Positions 23,870 through 36,665 of a stretch of DNA of 64,000 nt are shown piece after piece (the stretch's first letter is position 1; every line of letters begins with the position of its first letter). Source of the DNA: Squalus acanthias (taxonomy: Eukaryota); NCBI GenBank assembly GCA_030390025.1, contig CM059435.1, forward strand, positions 17,546,001 through 17,610,000. Direction: 5' to 3'. Below the pieces are notes generated by a model, which ran no database searches, was not told the DNA's origin, and saw only the letters and a list, made by a program, of their open reading frames with translations. The position numbers and the translations under genes are program-made.

Positions 23870-26475
23870 AGAACATAAGAAATAGGAGCAGGAGTAGGCC
23901 ATTTGGTCCCTCGAGCCTGCTCCGCCATTCAACAAGATCATGGCTGATCTTCTACCTCAACTCCACTTTCCTGCACTATGCCCATATCCCTTGATTCCCT
24001 TAATATCAAAAATCTATCGATCTCTGTCTTGAATATACTCAAAGACTGAGCCTCCACAGCCCTCTGGGGTAGAGATTTCCAAAGATTCACCACCCTCTGA
24101 ATGAAGAAATTTATCCTCATCTCAGTCCTAAATGGCCGACCCCTTTATCTGAGACTGTGACCCCTGGTTCTAGACTCCCCAGCCAAGAGAAACATCCTCC
24201 CTGCATCTACCCTGTCAAGCCCTGTAAGAATTTTGTATGTTTCAATGAGATCACCTCTCATTCTTCGAAACTCTAGAGAATATAGGCCTAGTCTACTCAA
24301 TCTCTCCTCATAGGACAATCCCCCCATCCCAGGAACCAGTCTGGTGAACCTTCATTGCACTCCCTCTATGGCAAGTATATCCTTCCTTAGGTAAGCAGAC
24401 CAAAACTGTACACAATACTCCAGGTGTGGTCTCACCAGGTCCCTATATAATTGCAGTAAGACATCTTTACTCTTATACACAAATCCTCTTGTAATAAAGG
24501 CCAACATACCACTTGCTTTCCTGCTTGCTGTACCTCCATATTAACTTTCATTGATTCGTGCACAAGGACACCCAGGTCCCTCTGAACACCAACATTTCCC
24601 AATCTCTCACCATTTAAAAAATACTCTGCTTTTCTATTTTTCCTACCAAAGTGGATAACTTCACATTTCTCCACATTATATTCAATTTGCCATGTTCTTG
24701 CCTACTCACTTAGCTTGTCTATAGCCCCTTGAAGCCTTTTGCATCCTCTTCACAACTTACATTCCCACCCAGCTTTGTATCATCAGCAAACTTGGATATA
24801 TTACATATGGTCCCCGCATCGAAATCATTGATATGGATTGTGAATAGCTGAGGCCCAAGCACTGATCCTTGCGGTACCCCACTAGTTACAACCTGCCAAC
24901 CCGAAAATGACCCGTTTATTCCAAATACACCACATCCATTGGTTCCCCCTTATCTATTCTGCTAGTTACAACCTCAAAAACTCTAACAGATTCGTTAAAC
25001 ATGATTTCCCTTTCATAAATCCATGTTGACTCTGCCCAATCCTATTATTATTTTCTAAGTGCCACGATACCACGTCCTTAATAATAGATTCTAGCATTTT
25101 CCCTACTACTGATGTCAGGCTAACTGGTCTGTAGTTCCCCGTTTTCTCTCTCCCTCCTTTCTTAAATAGTGGGGTTACATTTGCTACCTTCCAATCCACA
25201 GGAACCATTCTAGAATCTATGGAATTTTGGAAAATGACAACCAATGCATCCACTATCTCTAGCCACCTCTTTCAAAACCCTAGGATGTAGGCCATCAGGT
25301 CCAGAGAATTTATCGGCTTTCAGTCCCATTAATTTCTCCTGTACTATTTTTTTTTTACTAATACTAATTTCACTCAGTTCCTCATTCTGTTAGACCCTTG
25401 GTTCTCCACTATTTTTGGGAAGTTTTTTGCGTCTTCTTCTATAAAGACAGACACAAAGGGCTCGATTTTGTCATGGGGTGGGCTGGGGTCGTGTCATCCG
25501 CTTTTCGTGTTAGCCACCCGACTCCAATTGGATGTGGGAGAATTATTCGATTTTCCCCTAATTGGGCAATTGAGTTCCAGCAGTTTTTTCGTCTGAAAGT
25601 CGCCTCTGATGATGTCATAATTGCTGCTGCATTTAAGGTCTGCAAAGACTGGGAAGCTTTTGGCCTTTGCTGTGAGAGGGACCTGGAGGCAAAATGAGCA
25701 GCAGGAGACCTAAGTCTGCTCCCAGATTTTTTTTGCACCACCACCACCATGATGATTGATCAAATCTCCTTCTTAATGGTGGACCTGCAGCTGATAGTCA
25801 GCAATCCAAGTGTGCTACCGCCAGGTTTCACCGTCGTGTTTCAGTGGAGGCGTGCATCACGTCAGAAAAGTCTTAAAATCAGAAAGGCCTCTCGAAATGG
25901 GATTATAGAGGCAATTAAGTGGTCGTTAAGGGCCTATCCCGCCTCTTCGAGGCGGGACGGAGACAGGATCAGAAACCATGCATTTGGGAAAATTGCTTGG
26001 AGGCGGGGTCGGGCCCGCCCGCCATTTTTTGCAATTTTAACACCCCACACGCCTCCATTCCCACCTCCTCGGGCCTTGCAAAATCGAGCCCAAAGTATTT
26101 GTTTAATTTCTCCCTGCCATTTCCTTATTCCCCATTATAATTTCTCCTGTCTCCACCTATAAGGGACCCATATTTACTTTCGCTAATCTTTTCCTTTTTA
26201 CATACCTATAGAAGCTTTTACATTCTGTTCTAGCTAGTTTACTCTCATTCTATTTTCCCTTTCTTTATCATTTTCTTGGTCCTCCTTTGCTGAATTCTAA
26301 AATCCTCCCAATCCTCAGGCTTACTACTCTTTTTGGCAACATTATAAGCCTCTTTCTTTGATCTAATACTATCTTTAACTTCTCTTGTTAGCCACGGGTG
26401 GACCAGTTTTCCTGTGGGGTTTTTGTGCCTTAAAGGAATATATATTTGTTGTAAATTATGAATTAATTCTTTAAA
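23870..26475 (-). mobile_element. CR1 LINE with RT, internally deleted, interrupted by a Harbinger MITE
   Basis: VPVDWKVANVTPLFKKGGREKTGNYRPVSLTSVVGKMLE...QHGFMKGKSCLTNLLEF; CR1 3' end at about 23870. Confidence 0.93.
25458..26091. mobile_element. Harbinger-type MITE nested in CR1
   Basis: TIRs GGGCTCGATTTTG / CAAAATCGAGCCC, TSD AAA; CR1 sequence continues on both sides. Confidence 0.88.
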
Positions 26476-26962
26476 TTTACTTCAGTCAATCAAGATTTTC
26501 TGACCAGAGACACTTTTCAAGTGTGGCATTGCATGTGTGTTTTATTACTGGTTAATTTGGCACTTTGTGGTGTGACAGAAGACTTATCCAATTATATATA
26601 TCTGATATAGTGAAAAACTTTACAATAAGAGGGCACAGAGGAGTAAAGCTGAACAGTTTTGCTTTGATTACTTTACACAGAGTATGTGGAATGGATTGCA
26701 TGTGGAGTGGTAGCTATGCATTGTGCTGAGGGAGCTGGATGGATAGTTGGTCAGAAGTTATTGAGGGGTATGAGGGATAATGCTCTGATATTTCCGAGGC
26801 CTTGGGACTAGTCTACTGGATTGCAATAGTGTTATCTTTGACCTGTGGATTTCTATGATCCTTATTTCTTCCCACCACCAACCCCCCCCCCAACCCCCAA
26901 CAACCCCACTACGACAAACTGTGTGCAGTACCTGTTGGATGTGTCTAATTACCTATCACATT

Positions 26963-27727
26963 AGCCCAGAAATTAGGCTCCCTGGCTTCCCACGGGTGCA
27001 AGGATCCCGCGCGCACCTACCTACCGCGCCTGCCGTTGACCTCTGGGCCCACGGGGACTTCAGCTCCTGGGCCTCCTGCAGCTGCCGGCGCGCAGTGCTT
27101 GTGTATCCCAGGGGCGTAGTTAGTGCGATGCGTCCCCTGGGATCACATGGGCCATGGAGAGCCAATGGCAGCAGACCATCTTTCATTCATAGATTTGACA
27201 GGAAGACCTGTCAAATCTATGAATTGAAATCAGCCCCAAAACAACACCTAAACTTCAAATAAATTTAAAAAAAAAATCACATTTTTAAAATAACTATAAG
27301 TTAAATAAAGTAACTACTTTAAACAAAAATGTAAGTTTTTGACAAAATTAAAATACTTTTTAACAGTGCTAAAAATAAACTTACCTTTCTTTAAAGTATC
27401 TAAAAAAGATAAACCTGTTGAAAAACTTTTAAAATTGTAATTAATTAACCACTTACCTTGTTAAAAACGGGTCTTGCGTCTCCTTTTTAAAAGCGCAGCT
27501 TCTTCCATACTTCCCTTCCCGGAGAAACCTGAAAAAAACCCTAAGTTCGCTGCGTGCGCGCAGCCTCTCCCGCGCACGCGGTTCACCTCTCAACCCCTCC
27601 CTTCACGAGACCGGAAGTTCCGGTTTCCCGCGCATGCGCAGTGCATGCAGGAAACCGGCACTTCAGGAGTCCTTACGGGTGAGTACACAGGCGCGTACTC
27701 ACCCAGCAAGTGCCGAATTTTTGGCCC
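26963..27727. mobile_element. Harbinger-type MITE
   Basis: Imperfect TIRs (GCCCAGAAATT / AATTTTTGGCCC), GC-rich ends, AT-rich core. Confidence 0.65.
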
Positions 27728-29888
27728 AATATCAACAGTTTATGATGAAACCTTGTACTATCAGCCACTTCACAAATGGGCATGTTTACAGTATTTCGGT
27801 ATCACTTTTTCCAAAAAGAAGTTCCTGCCCCTTGGTCCTTTGGTGATATTTCTGACAATGGCCAACTCTAAGTGTAAGCACTGGCAATGACAGTACATAG
27901 TGCATGTGTGTCAAAGTGTGTGTCAAATTATAAAATTGTATCTATCATCCTGCAGATCTGACTGATCTATGCTTACCACATGAATGTTAGTCACATCGTT
28001 ACAACTTGTATCCCTAGATCCTTTTGCTCTTCTACCCCATTCAGTTTCTCATTTTCTGAGGTGTAGGTAATGTTTCTGTCTTTCCTGTCAAAGTGCAGCA
28101 GCTCACATTTATCTGTTAAAGTTCATTTGCCACCTAACTGCCAGTCTGCAGGTTTTCTGTGGTTAAACCATTCTGTCTGGAGAGGGAAAAAATGTTTTTT
28201 TTTAAGTGCTGAATGGTTTGCCAACACTGACCACAATTCTGTAAACAACCTAGAAAGGAAAATCAATGTAGTGTCCAAATTCAACACTGTCTTTGTAGTG
28301 TAGTAGAGTACTGCCTAGCCAATACTTGGCAGTGACTATAGAAGGCTAGTACCAAAATGGTTGAGTGACAGTGCTTCCGAAAAGTCATGTGCTTGACCAT
28401 GTCTATTTAAAAGACAGCAAGGTGGAATCATTACAGCTGTGACTCCTAAGCTTCCAGCAAATGTACAGCAACCTTTTGCATAGGCTCTGTGAGTAGTACC
28501 ACCAATAATTATTTTTCATATGAATGACGACTTTTGCTACTGACATTATTGTTGTGATTTTGTGTTCATCTGTATTCAATTGTGTGATTGTTTCAGTTTT
28601 AGCCGAGCAGTCTGATCTAACCCTGCTGAATTGCTATCGATTTAAGACCAGAGTGCAAGAGCTGGCCACTTCAAAAGATTTTTTTTAATTGATTTCTCTC
28701 ACTGAGATTATTTCGCGACATTCGATCTTATCCAGCTGTTTCCCATTTACCTAGTGCTGATTGTTTATAAAGTGGCTGTGTTGCAGATTTTCTGGAGAAA
28801 TATAGAAGTTCAAGATTTTGATTTTGTGGAACTTGTAAAGATCATGTTGCTTCTCGGGGGAGGGGGATGAACAATATACGTTTAAGAGAATACACAATAT
28901 TATTCTCCATCGGTATTAAATGGGCAATTTACTGAGCATGACAGGGTGCTGAAGTTTTAGCCACAGTTTAATCCTGCACGTGACCCTCAAGTCCTAGTTG
29001 GCTGCCTTGGAACAAACCAATATTGCAGCGGGGGCCTCAAGTGGGTGTTGGGCCCCTTATTTCACATGCAAATGGCCCAATGCCTGTTTTTTAGCCTTCA
29101 CCAATGTAGCAGGCGTCACATTTCCAGTTTGTCATTAGCATGCACTTCCTGCCCGCCATATTGAAAGCTTAGGAGGCCGTTTAGCGCCCTAAAAAGCAGG
29201 CTCTGTGTGGCCAAATTTCTAGGCTGTGGTTTTTAGACTTTATTTTAAAGTGAGGCAGTATATCTCTACAACATTTTGAAAACAAAAGGATAGTCCTCTT
29301 TTTTTGCTGAATTTTTCAGTCTTTTTTGAATGTTTCTGCTGTGCGATCTCAGGTTATCTTTTATAACATTGCAAATATCCCTATTTCAATCCTGGCATTC
29401 TGTAACATTCATCATTTCAGATTGTGTAGCTGGCTGCCTTTCGCCATCCCTTTTTTATAATATAATGCAGTTCTAAAGTATGAATTTGTCTTATTTCATA
29501 GGATGGCTGTTGTGAAAGGAGAGATTACGGGGGGAATTTTGATGTTGAAGAGCGCATGCGTTCAGGTGCGGGTGGAGAGTTTCGTTTTTACGAAAATGTC
29601 AGCGTGTCTGGAAGCCGGCTCCAACCTGCCATCTTCCAGGTTTAATTCAGGCCCGTTCGGCAGGTTACACATAACCCCCTTCGGGAGAGGCGGGTTACAA
29701 ATTTAAATATGTAAATAATTTCATTGCAGCGATTATTTATTTCCACATCCTTTCAAATTTAACGGTGCATGCACAGGTTTCCCGGGCTTCTTGAAAGTCA
29801 TGATGCGGAGATGCCGGTGTTGGACTGGGGTGGACAAAATTGAGAGGTCGCACAACACCAGGTTATAGTCCAACAGTTTTATTTGAAA

Positions 29889-29930
29889 TCACAAGCTTTC
29901 GGAGCTATCGATTGCTCCTTCCTCAGGTGA
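29889..29930 (-). ncRNA. Minimal hammerhead ribozyme motif (left arm)
   Basis: Reverse complement of 30346-30387. Confidence 0.78.
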
Positions 29931-30345
29931 AGTAAATTAGATACAGAATCGCCAAAGCATATATAGATAGAGAACAAAGCATGTGTACCTTACAATTGCA
30001 GACCACTAAATTAAATCATCCTGACTATCTGCCGAGGTGTGATAAAGTTAATTAAGTCAGCCAGGAAGGTACCACATCAAAGACATAGCAAGATACAACT
30101 GAGACAATGAGGTGTAGTCGCAGGGGTTCTAACGTGTGACACGTTAGAACCCCTGCGACTACACCTCGTTGTCTCAGTTGTATCTTGCTATGTCTTTGAT
30201 GTGGTACCTTCCTGGCTGACTTAATTAACTTTATCACACCTCGGCAGATAGTCAGGATGATTTAATTTAGTGGTCTGCAATTGTAAGGTACACATGCTTT
30301 GTTCTCTATCTATATATGCTTTGGCGATTCTGTATCTAATTTACT

Positions 30346-30387
30346 TCACCTGAGGAAGGAGCAATCGATAGCTCCGAAAGCTTGTGA
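30346..30387 (+). ncRNA. Minimal hammerhead ribozyme motif (right arm)
   Basis: TCAC-CTGAGGA-A-GGAGC-AATCGATA-GCTCC-GAAA-GC-TT-GTGA. Confidence 0.78.
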
Positions 30388-30585
30388 TTTCAAATAAAAC
30401 TGTTGGACTATAACCTGGTGTTGTGCGACCTCTCATTCTTGAAAGTCACCATTGAAACCAAGGCGAGAACACAAAGTAAATACATGGGGCTTATTTAACA
30501 ATCAGGCAAATGCTGCAGTGGTTTGTTCAGAGTACTTGTGGTGAGAGGTTAGTTTCTACACTTTGGACATTTTGCGACTCCGATC

Positions 30586-31193
30586 ATATGGGAGGCACCT
30601 TGGATGCCTTAGATTGGACCGCGGTCGCGGATCAAGATGGCCATCAGCAGCATCATCGATGTGCAGCTGGTGTGCAATCACATGAAAAAGTTTATGCAGG
30701 TGTGCGCCAGATTCTCTGCGAGCTGCTGTGATGCTTTCATCCTGTGGCAATCCAAGCTCCCTCTGCTCTTTGGACCTGCAAGCAGACTTAAGGGGTGGCT
30801 GCTAGGAGAAGAGAGATACCCCTTCAAGCTTGGCTGATGACGCCCATGAGCAACCCAACCAATGAAGCCCGAGAGCTGTACACAGATAGTCATATGACTA
30901 CCAGATGTGTCATTAAACAAGCGATCGGCATGCTCACGATCCGCTTCAGGTGCCTGGACAGAACTGGAGGCGCCAGCCAGGGTCTAGAGAAAGTTTGTGG
31001 TGTGTATTCGGGTTAGTACAACATTGCGCAGCAGCGAGGATTGGAGCTGAAGGAGGAACAGCAGCCATCATCTGCGGACAAATCCGAGGAGGAGGAGGAG
31101 GAGGAGGAGGAAAAGGGTGACTCCATCACAGCATCAGCTGCTCACATTGCTGCCCAGGATGCCAGGGATTCCTTTATAGCTGTAAGGTTCAGT
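30586..31193 (+). pseudogene. Harbinger transposase remnant (internally deleted, frameshifted)
   Basis: VQLVCNHMKKFMQVCARF...DAFIL...GWLLG...WLMTP...TRCVIKQAIGMLTIRFRCLD; acidic (GAG)n tail. Confidence 0.88.
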
Positions 31194-31399
31194 TATTTAC
31201 CACCACTGGATCCATGTAACAACCACATCCAACGGCCACTCTCATCCTGCACACCCCACCGCCCCCCCACAATCCCACTGACGCAAAGCAGTCCTTCACC
31301 CCCCGTGCCCCCCATTGAGAAGACATGAATTGACAGGAACCATTCATCAACAAACAACTGAAAAGGCAACTACAAAGCTTTACTCTTTATTTCCTACCG

Positions 31400-33195
31400 C
31401 TTCCACGTGGTGCAACCCCATGGCTTCAGCAGAGGTAGAAGCAGGCTGCACATATCTCTGCTCTGACTGCTGAGATGCTCTTGGCTGAGATTTGGAGCCC
31501 ATGAGGGTCCCGCCCTGCCAAAGGCTGCTCCACTTGCACCTGTGCAGGGGCAGACTCTGCTATCAGGAGAGGAGTCAGCATGTCGAGTCCTGACTGAGGG
31601 GGAATGGGTGAGAAGTGGGAGTGCCTTGAGTGGAGTCCCCACTTCCATGTCCCCTTTCGCCGTCATCCCTCTCATGGGCCAGCCGCATTTCACTCCTACC
31701 ACTCTGCTGGAGAGCAGCTTGGTGCAGATCAGTGATGTGCTGTAAAGCCAAGGCTAAGGTATCTGTCACCCTGTTTAAGGCGCCAGGCATGTTCGCATCC
31801 AGAGTCTGCACAGTCGTTGTCAAGGCCTGTATGGACGTTTTTGATTGCCGCAATTGATGTTCCACAGAGTTGGCCACTTCAGCCGTGGAAGAAGACATTG
31901 TCGCAGTGCCCTGCGACATCAGCCCACTGAGGTGGACTCCTCCATTCTCTCTGCAATCATGGACAGTGTGTGTGGACAGTACGTCGCAGATTTCCTGCTG
32001 CCCCTCCATGATTATCCTTTTCATTGATGGCCCCAGTGTTCAGCATGTCTCCCGCTGAGCAGATCTTGGAGAGGGCTGCACCCTCCGACATGGACTGTCC
32101 ACAGCTGTCCCTGCCGCCACCGTCTGCTCTTGCTCAATTGTGAAGTGTGAGTCCCCACGAGACATCCCAACTAACTTCCTAACTGGACCCACTGAAGTGT
32201 GAGTATCTGCGCTGGTGCATGGTAAGCATGAGTCCTGTGATGGTGCACCCTCAGAAGGAACAAGCTCCTCTGAGGATTCGTCATCCACGAAGTCCAGTGA
32301 ATGCTGCTGCTTGCGTGAAAGCTCTGATGGCGAGAAAAGATATGAATTATGCTGGCAAGGTAAGAATGTTGCAACTTCTCATTATGAAGATGATCATATT
32401 TCACTCGCTGCTAAAATCAAGTCAACATAACTGAGTGTTGTATGACATGTAGATCGATGATATTGAATTCTGTTACCAGGTAGCTGGGAGTTCCCCATCT
32501 CTCGTGGACAGGGATGCCGAGACACCACTGATCTCCAGCGCTTCCTCCTCTGCAGTTGTCGGCTGCGAGACCTGTGGAGGACCACCTCAGGTTCTCTCCC
32601 ACTCCCTTGTGTTTTGCGCTCTCTCCTCCTGCAACAGGGGGAAACAACAGACCTGTGAGTGACTGTAATGGCATGTGTTCACCTGATGGATGGAGTGCAT
32701 TTGGTGAGGGTGACTATCGGGGAGGCATCAAAATGCAGAAGGATGCGGGTGAGTTGTGGATGGATAAATGGGGATGTGAGGAAATACATAGAAAAAGAAG
32801 GATGGATGCGTTTGCAAGGTAAGTGAGTGTGAAGAGTGATGTGATGGAGTAGGCTTGATAAGGTAGAGTGAGGTGTGAATGGGGTGGGCGGAGGGGGAGG
32901 CGGGGTATGATGCGTGCAATAGGATGTAGGTGAATGTGCAACTGTACTCACATTTCCTGACTTGGTTAGGTCATTTTGAAGCGCTTCCTGCACTGAATCC
33001 AGGAGGGATGGCACAATAGTACTGCTGCTGTCCTCCTGGGCCACCTCCAGCCACGCCCTTCTTTGTAACAGCAGCAGGTTTCTTCCTCCTGTTGCTGGGG
33101 AAAAGTATCTCTCTCCGGCTCTTCACTGCCCCCAGCAGTACATCAAGTGAGGCGTCATTAAAGCAGGGCGTAGCCTTGGAGCGTCCTGAGCCCAT
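31400..33195 (-). pseudogene. Harbinger Myb/SANT gene remnant (exons about 33195-32952, 32628-32477, 32310-31400)
   Basis: MGSGRSKATPCFNDASLDVLLGAVKSRREILFP...; exon layout same as the 2920-4717 copy. Confidence 0.78.
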
Positions 33196-34639
33196 AATCT
33201 GGAATTGCTGTCTTTGTGCCAAACCTGCCAACACCTCCAAATTCCATCTTTTGATTAGCCCTTTAAATACTGGAGTTGAGCTCGAGTCATGCAGGTCCGC
33301 TCCACGCCCGCTGCTCCGCATTCGATCCCAAAGCCAGAAGTAAAATGATAAGGTGGCTGTGTTACAGTGCCACAGATAGACGCACTGAAATTATTTCCTG
33401 ATTTTGGATGTTGGACCCCCCGCCCCAGCTCCCAATGCGCCTCGTAGTTGATGCATCTCGAGGTAATGGAGGTTCTTCAATCGATTGTCACAGATTTAAG
33501 TTCTTTTGATGTCCCTATACCATAGATGTGGTTGGAAGATTTGTAGATGACTTGAAAGTGACAAAACATGCTATTGACAGGAGTACAGATGTTGGTAGAA
33601 TGTTTGGTTCCATTCTGCGGTTGATTCAGTTTTGAATGAGTTTTTGGGAAATCGTGAGTAATTTGCATTTTGTCATATTTTTAGATTCAGATGTTAATGG
33701 GTGGTGCTCTGGTTAAAAGCCAGACTCCATAAAAGAGGAAAAGAAATGTGGCAACATCAGGGTGTGAGGTCTGTCCTCCTGTAGGTTAGTCTGAAACATT
33801 GATAGTTGGAAAAAAAAAATCCTCTTGTGTTTCTATTTCACTCCACTGCCAGTTAACTTAACTGTTAATTGTTGTAAGTGGTACTGCTGTGCTAATAGAT
33901 GCTGCAGAATATTTTATAATATTTGGTCAGCTATAGATGAGGCTAGCAATGATGAAGGTAATGATTTAGTCCAAGGTATCTTCATGGGCCATAATGGTGC
34001 ATACCACGGAACCTTTGTGGTCAGGTATGAATTTAAATCCCTGTTCCTATTAATTTTCATACTTCAAGTTGTTGCTTTCAACTGATCTTGATGTTCTGAT
34101 TTCGGATTTATGCACCAGTGAGGGAATGGTGCTAAAAATAGCCTTTTCCAGACTTCTAGGTCTACAAAATTCAAACCTGACAAACCAGCAAAAAAAAAAG
34201 AAATATAAGCACAAATAGAATTGCTATTGTGTTTGATGGCCAGGGCCACCGGTTGGTTTAGTGTATGAATGCAAAGAAGAAAAAGTAAATCCATTGTCCA
34301 TATGCTTAGTGCATTTCTGACTAGTGTGTCGAAAGTGTCCGACATAGAATTCCAGCTGGTTGCTTTTTAGTCAATCCAATTGGCTCAAATTTCACAAATT
34401 TTCACATTTAAACATGTACCAACGTAGAAAGATTCTCATTCACAAAAAAGGAACCAATCACTTTTCTGAAAAAAATGCAAATTACAGCATTTTTCAGTAG
34501 CCATGGTGGTTTCCTAGCAATAACATTTTTTAAATGTAATATACACAACATTTTAACAGTTCAGAAAATAAATGACAAAACATACCCATCTCATCTTCCA
34601 ATAACTCCCAACAACTTCCCCCACACAGATTAATGCTTC

Positions 34640-36665
34640 ACTCCTAGATCTTCAGTCTTTTAGCTGAATCTTAGGTTCCGCACAACAGATTGTAAAGGGA
34701 TCATTGATTTCTTCATCACCAGGATAGAGACCATTTGTTCAGCTGCTTTGACTTCTCCCCTCCCCTTGCCCTTTAAGTCAAATCCCCACCCAGTCCACTT
34801 CCCAGTGTAGCCCTGAACCCCCTTTTCTCTCTAGTTTTTCTCTGATCACCGTCCCACCACTTCCAAGTTCATCTCACTCATGAGGCCTACTTCCCCAATG
34901 CTAGCTGACATGAATGGTTTGGTTTGAGTTCCTCAGGCACTCTTCCCTCTCCCTTTCAAAACCACCATCACCACCCTCCTCCTTAAAGAACCTACAGTTG
35001 TACCATCTGTCTTCACTAACTACCACCTTATCTTCAACCTCCCTGTCTTCTGCAAGGTCCTTGAACATGTCACTCTGCAGTTCCATGCTCATCTGTCTTG
35101 CAACTCCTTGTTTATATCCTCCAATCTGACTTGCACCCCTACTACAGCACCAAAATGACCCTAGCCAAAGCCACAAATGACATTCTCTGTGACTCTGGTG
35201 CATTAATCCTTCTCGTTTTCCTTGACCTCTCTTCGTCACTGTTGGCCATACCATCACACTCCAATATCTCCCCTGCATTATTCGATGACTTGTTATTGCC
35301 GTGACTTGGTTCTACTCTTGCCTATTTGATCGTAGCCAAAGCATCTCTAGCAATGGCTTCTCTTTCCAAACCTGCACCATCACCTCAGGAGACCTCCAAG
35401 GATCCATCCTTCATCCCTTCCTCTTCCACATCTACATGTTGGCTCTTGGCAACAGCTTTATATTTACATCCATGACGCCCAGCTCTACCTCACCATCTCT
35501 CTGAACTTGTCCACTGCCTCTGTGTTGTCAAACTGCTTATTTGCTATTTCATCTTGCATCAATTTTACTTTCTTCCAGCTAAATATTTAGGAAGACCAAA
35601 GCCATTGTCCTTGGCCCCCCGTGACGAGCTCTGATTGCTCACTGCGTCTCCCCTTTCCTTGATCACTGCCTCGGGCTGAACCCAGACTATTCACAACCTT
35701 AGGTGTCCTGTTCGACCCCAAGTTCAGTTTCTGAGCCTATATCCTGTCCATTGTAAAGAATGCCTACTTCCATCTCCGTAACATTAACTGCCTCTGTCTT
35801 TATCTCAGTCCGTCTGCCACCGAAGCCCTCATACATTCCTTCATTACCTCCCAGATCTGATTATTCCAATGCTCTCCTAGCCTCAATATTCCAAAAATCC
35901 TGCTCACTATCACATTGTATGTTCCCCCTATCCTGTCCTTGTTAACTTACATTGGCTCCTGGTACCCAAATCATAGAATCCTATAACACAGAAGAGGCCA
36001 TTTGGCCCATCGTGCCTGTGCCGGCTCTTTGAAAGGGCTATCCAATTTGTCCCATTCCCCTGTTCTTTCCCCATAGCCCTGTTTCTTCCCCTTCAAGTAT
36101 TTATTCAATTCCCTTTTGACAGTTACTATTGAATCTGCTTCCACCGCTCTTTCAGGCAGTGAATTCCAGATCATCATAACTCGCTACATAAAAATAATTC
36201 TCCTCATGTCCTCTCTGGTTCTTTTGCCAATTACCTTAAATCTATGTCCTGTGGTTACCTACCCTCCTGCCAGTGGGAACAGTTTCTCCCTGTGTACTCT
36301 ATCAAAACTCCATGAAATGCAATTTAAAGTTCTTGTCCTTGTCTTTAAATCTCTCCACGGCCTTGCTCCTCCCTATCTCTGTAACTTCCACCAGCCCCAC
36401 ACCAAACTCTGTTCCTCTAATTACAGCTCTTGTGCGTCTTTCTCCGTCACCCCATCATTGGTGATCATGCCTTTTAGCTGCTTAGGTCCCACTCTTTGCA
36501 CCATCCTCACTAAGTCCCTCCCTCTCATCCTTAAGACCCACCTGTTGACCAAGCTTTTAATCACAATTGCTAATCTCTCTCTGCTTCTTTGGCTCGGCAT
36601 CTGTTTTTCCTCATAACTCCGTGAAATGCCTTAGAAAGGTTTTCCACATTAAAGGTGATATATCG
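34640..36665 (+). mobile_element. Decayed L2 LINE, interrupted by a CR1 3' fragment
   Basis: GDLQGSILHPFLFHIYML, DYSNALLA, FKVLVLVFKSLHGLAPPYL; L2-type 3' end. Confidence 0.8.
35971..36315 (-). mobile_element. CR1 3' fragment nested in L2
   Basis: IWNSLPERAVEADSI...YLKGK..GYG; ATAGAATC tail. Confidence 0.8.

Larger units (their letters stand above)
29801..30435. mobile_element. Penelope-like family A insertion forming a near-perfect palindrome
   Basis: 13-bp TSD TTCTTGAAAGTCA at 29788-29800 and 30436-30448; arms 29841-30137 and 30139-30435 around a 1-nt spacer. Confidence 0.92.
29529..33450. mobile_element. Decayed two-gene Harbinger transposon with a nested palindromic Penelope insertion
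   Basis: Left end GGGGGGAATTTT; transposase (+) and Myb/SANT (-) remnants; right end degenerate and approximate. Confidence 0.8.
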
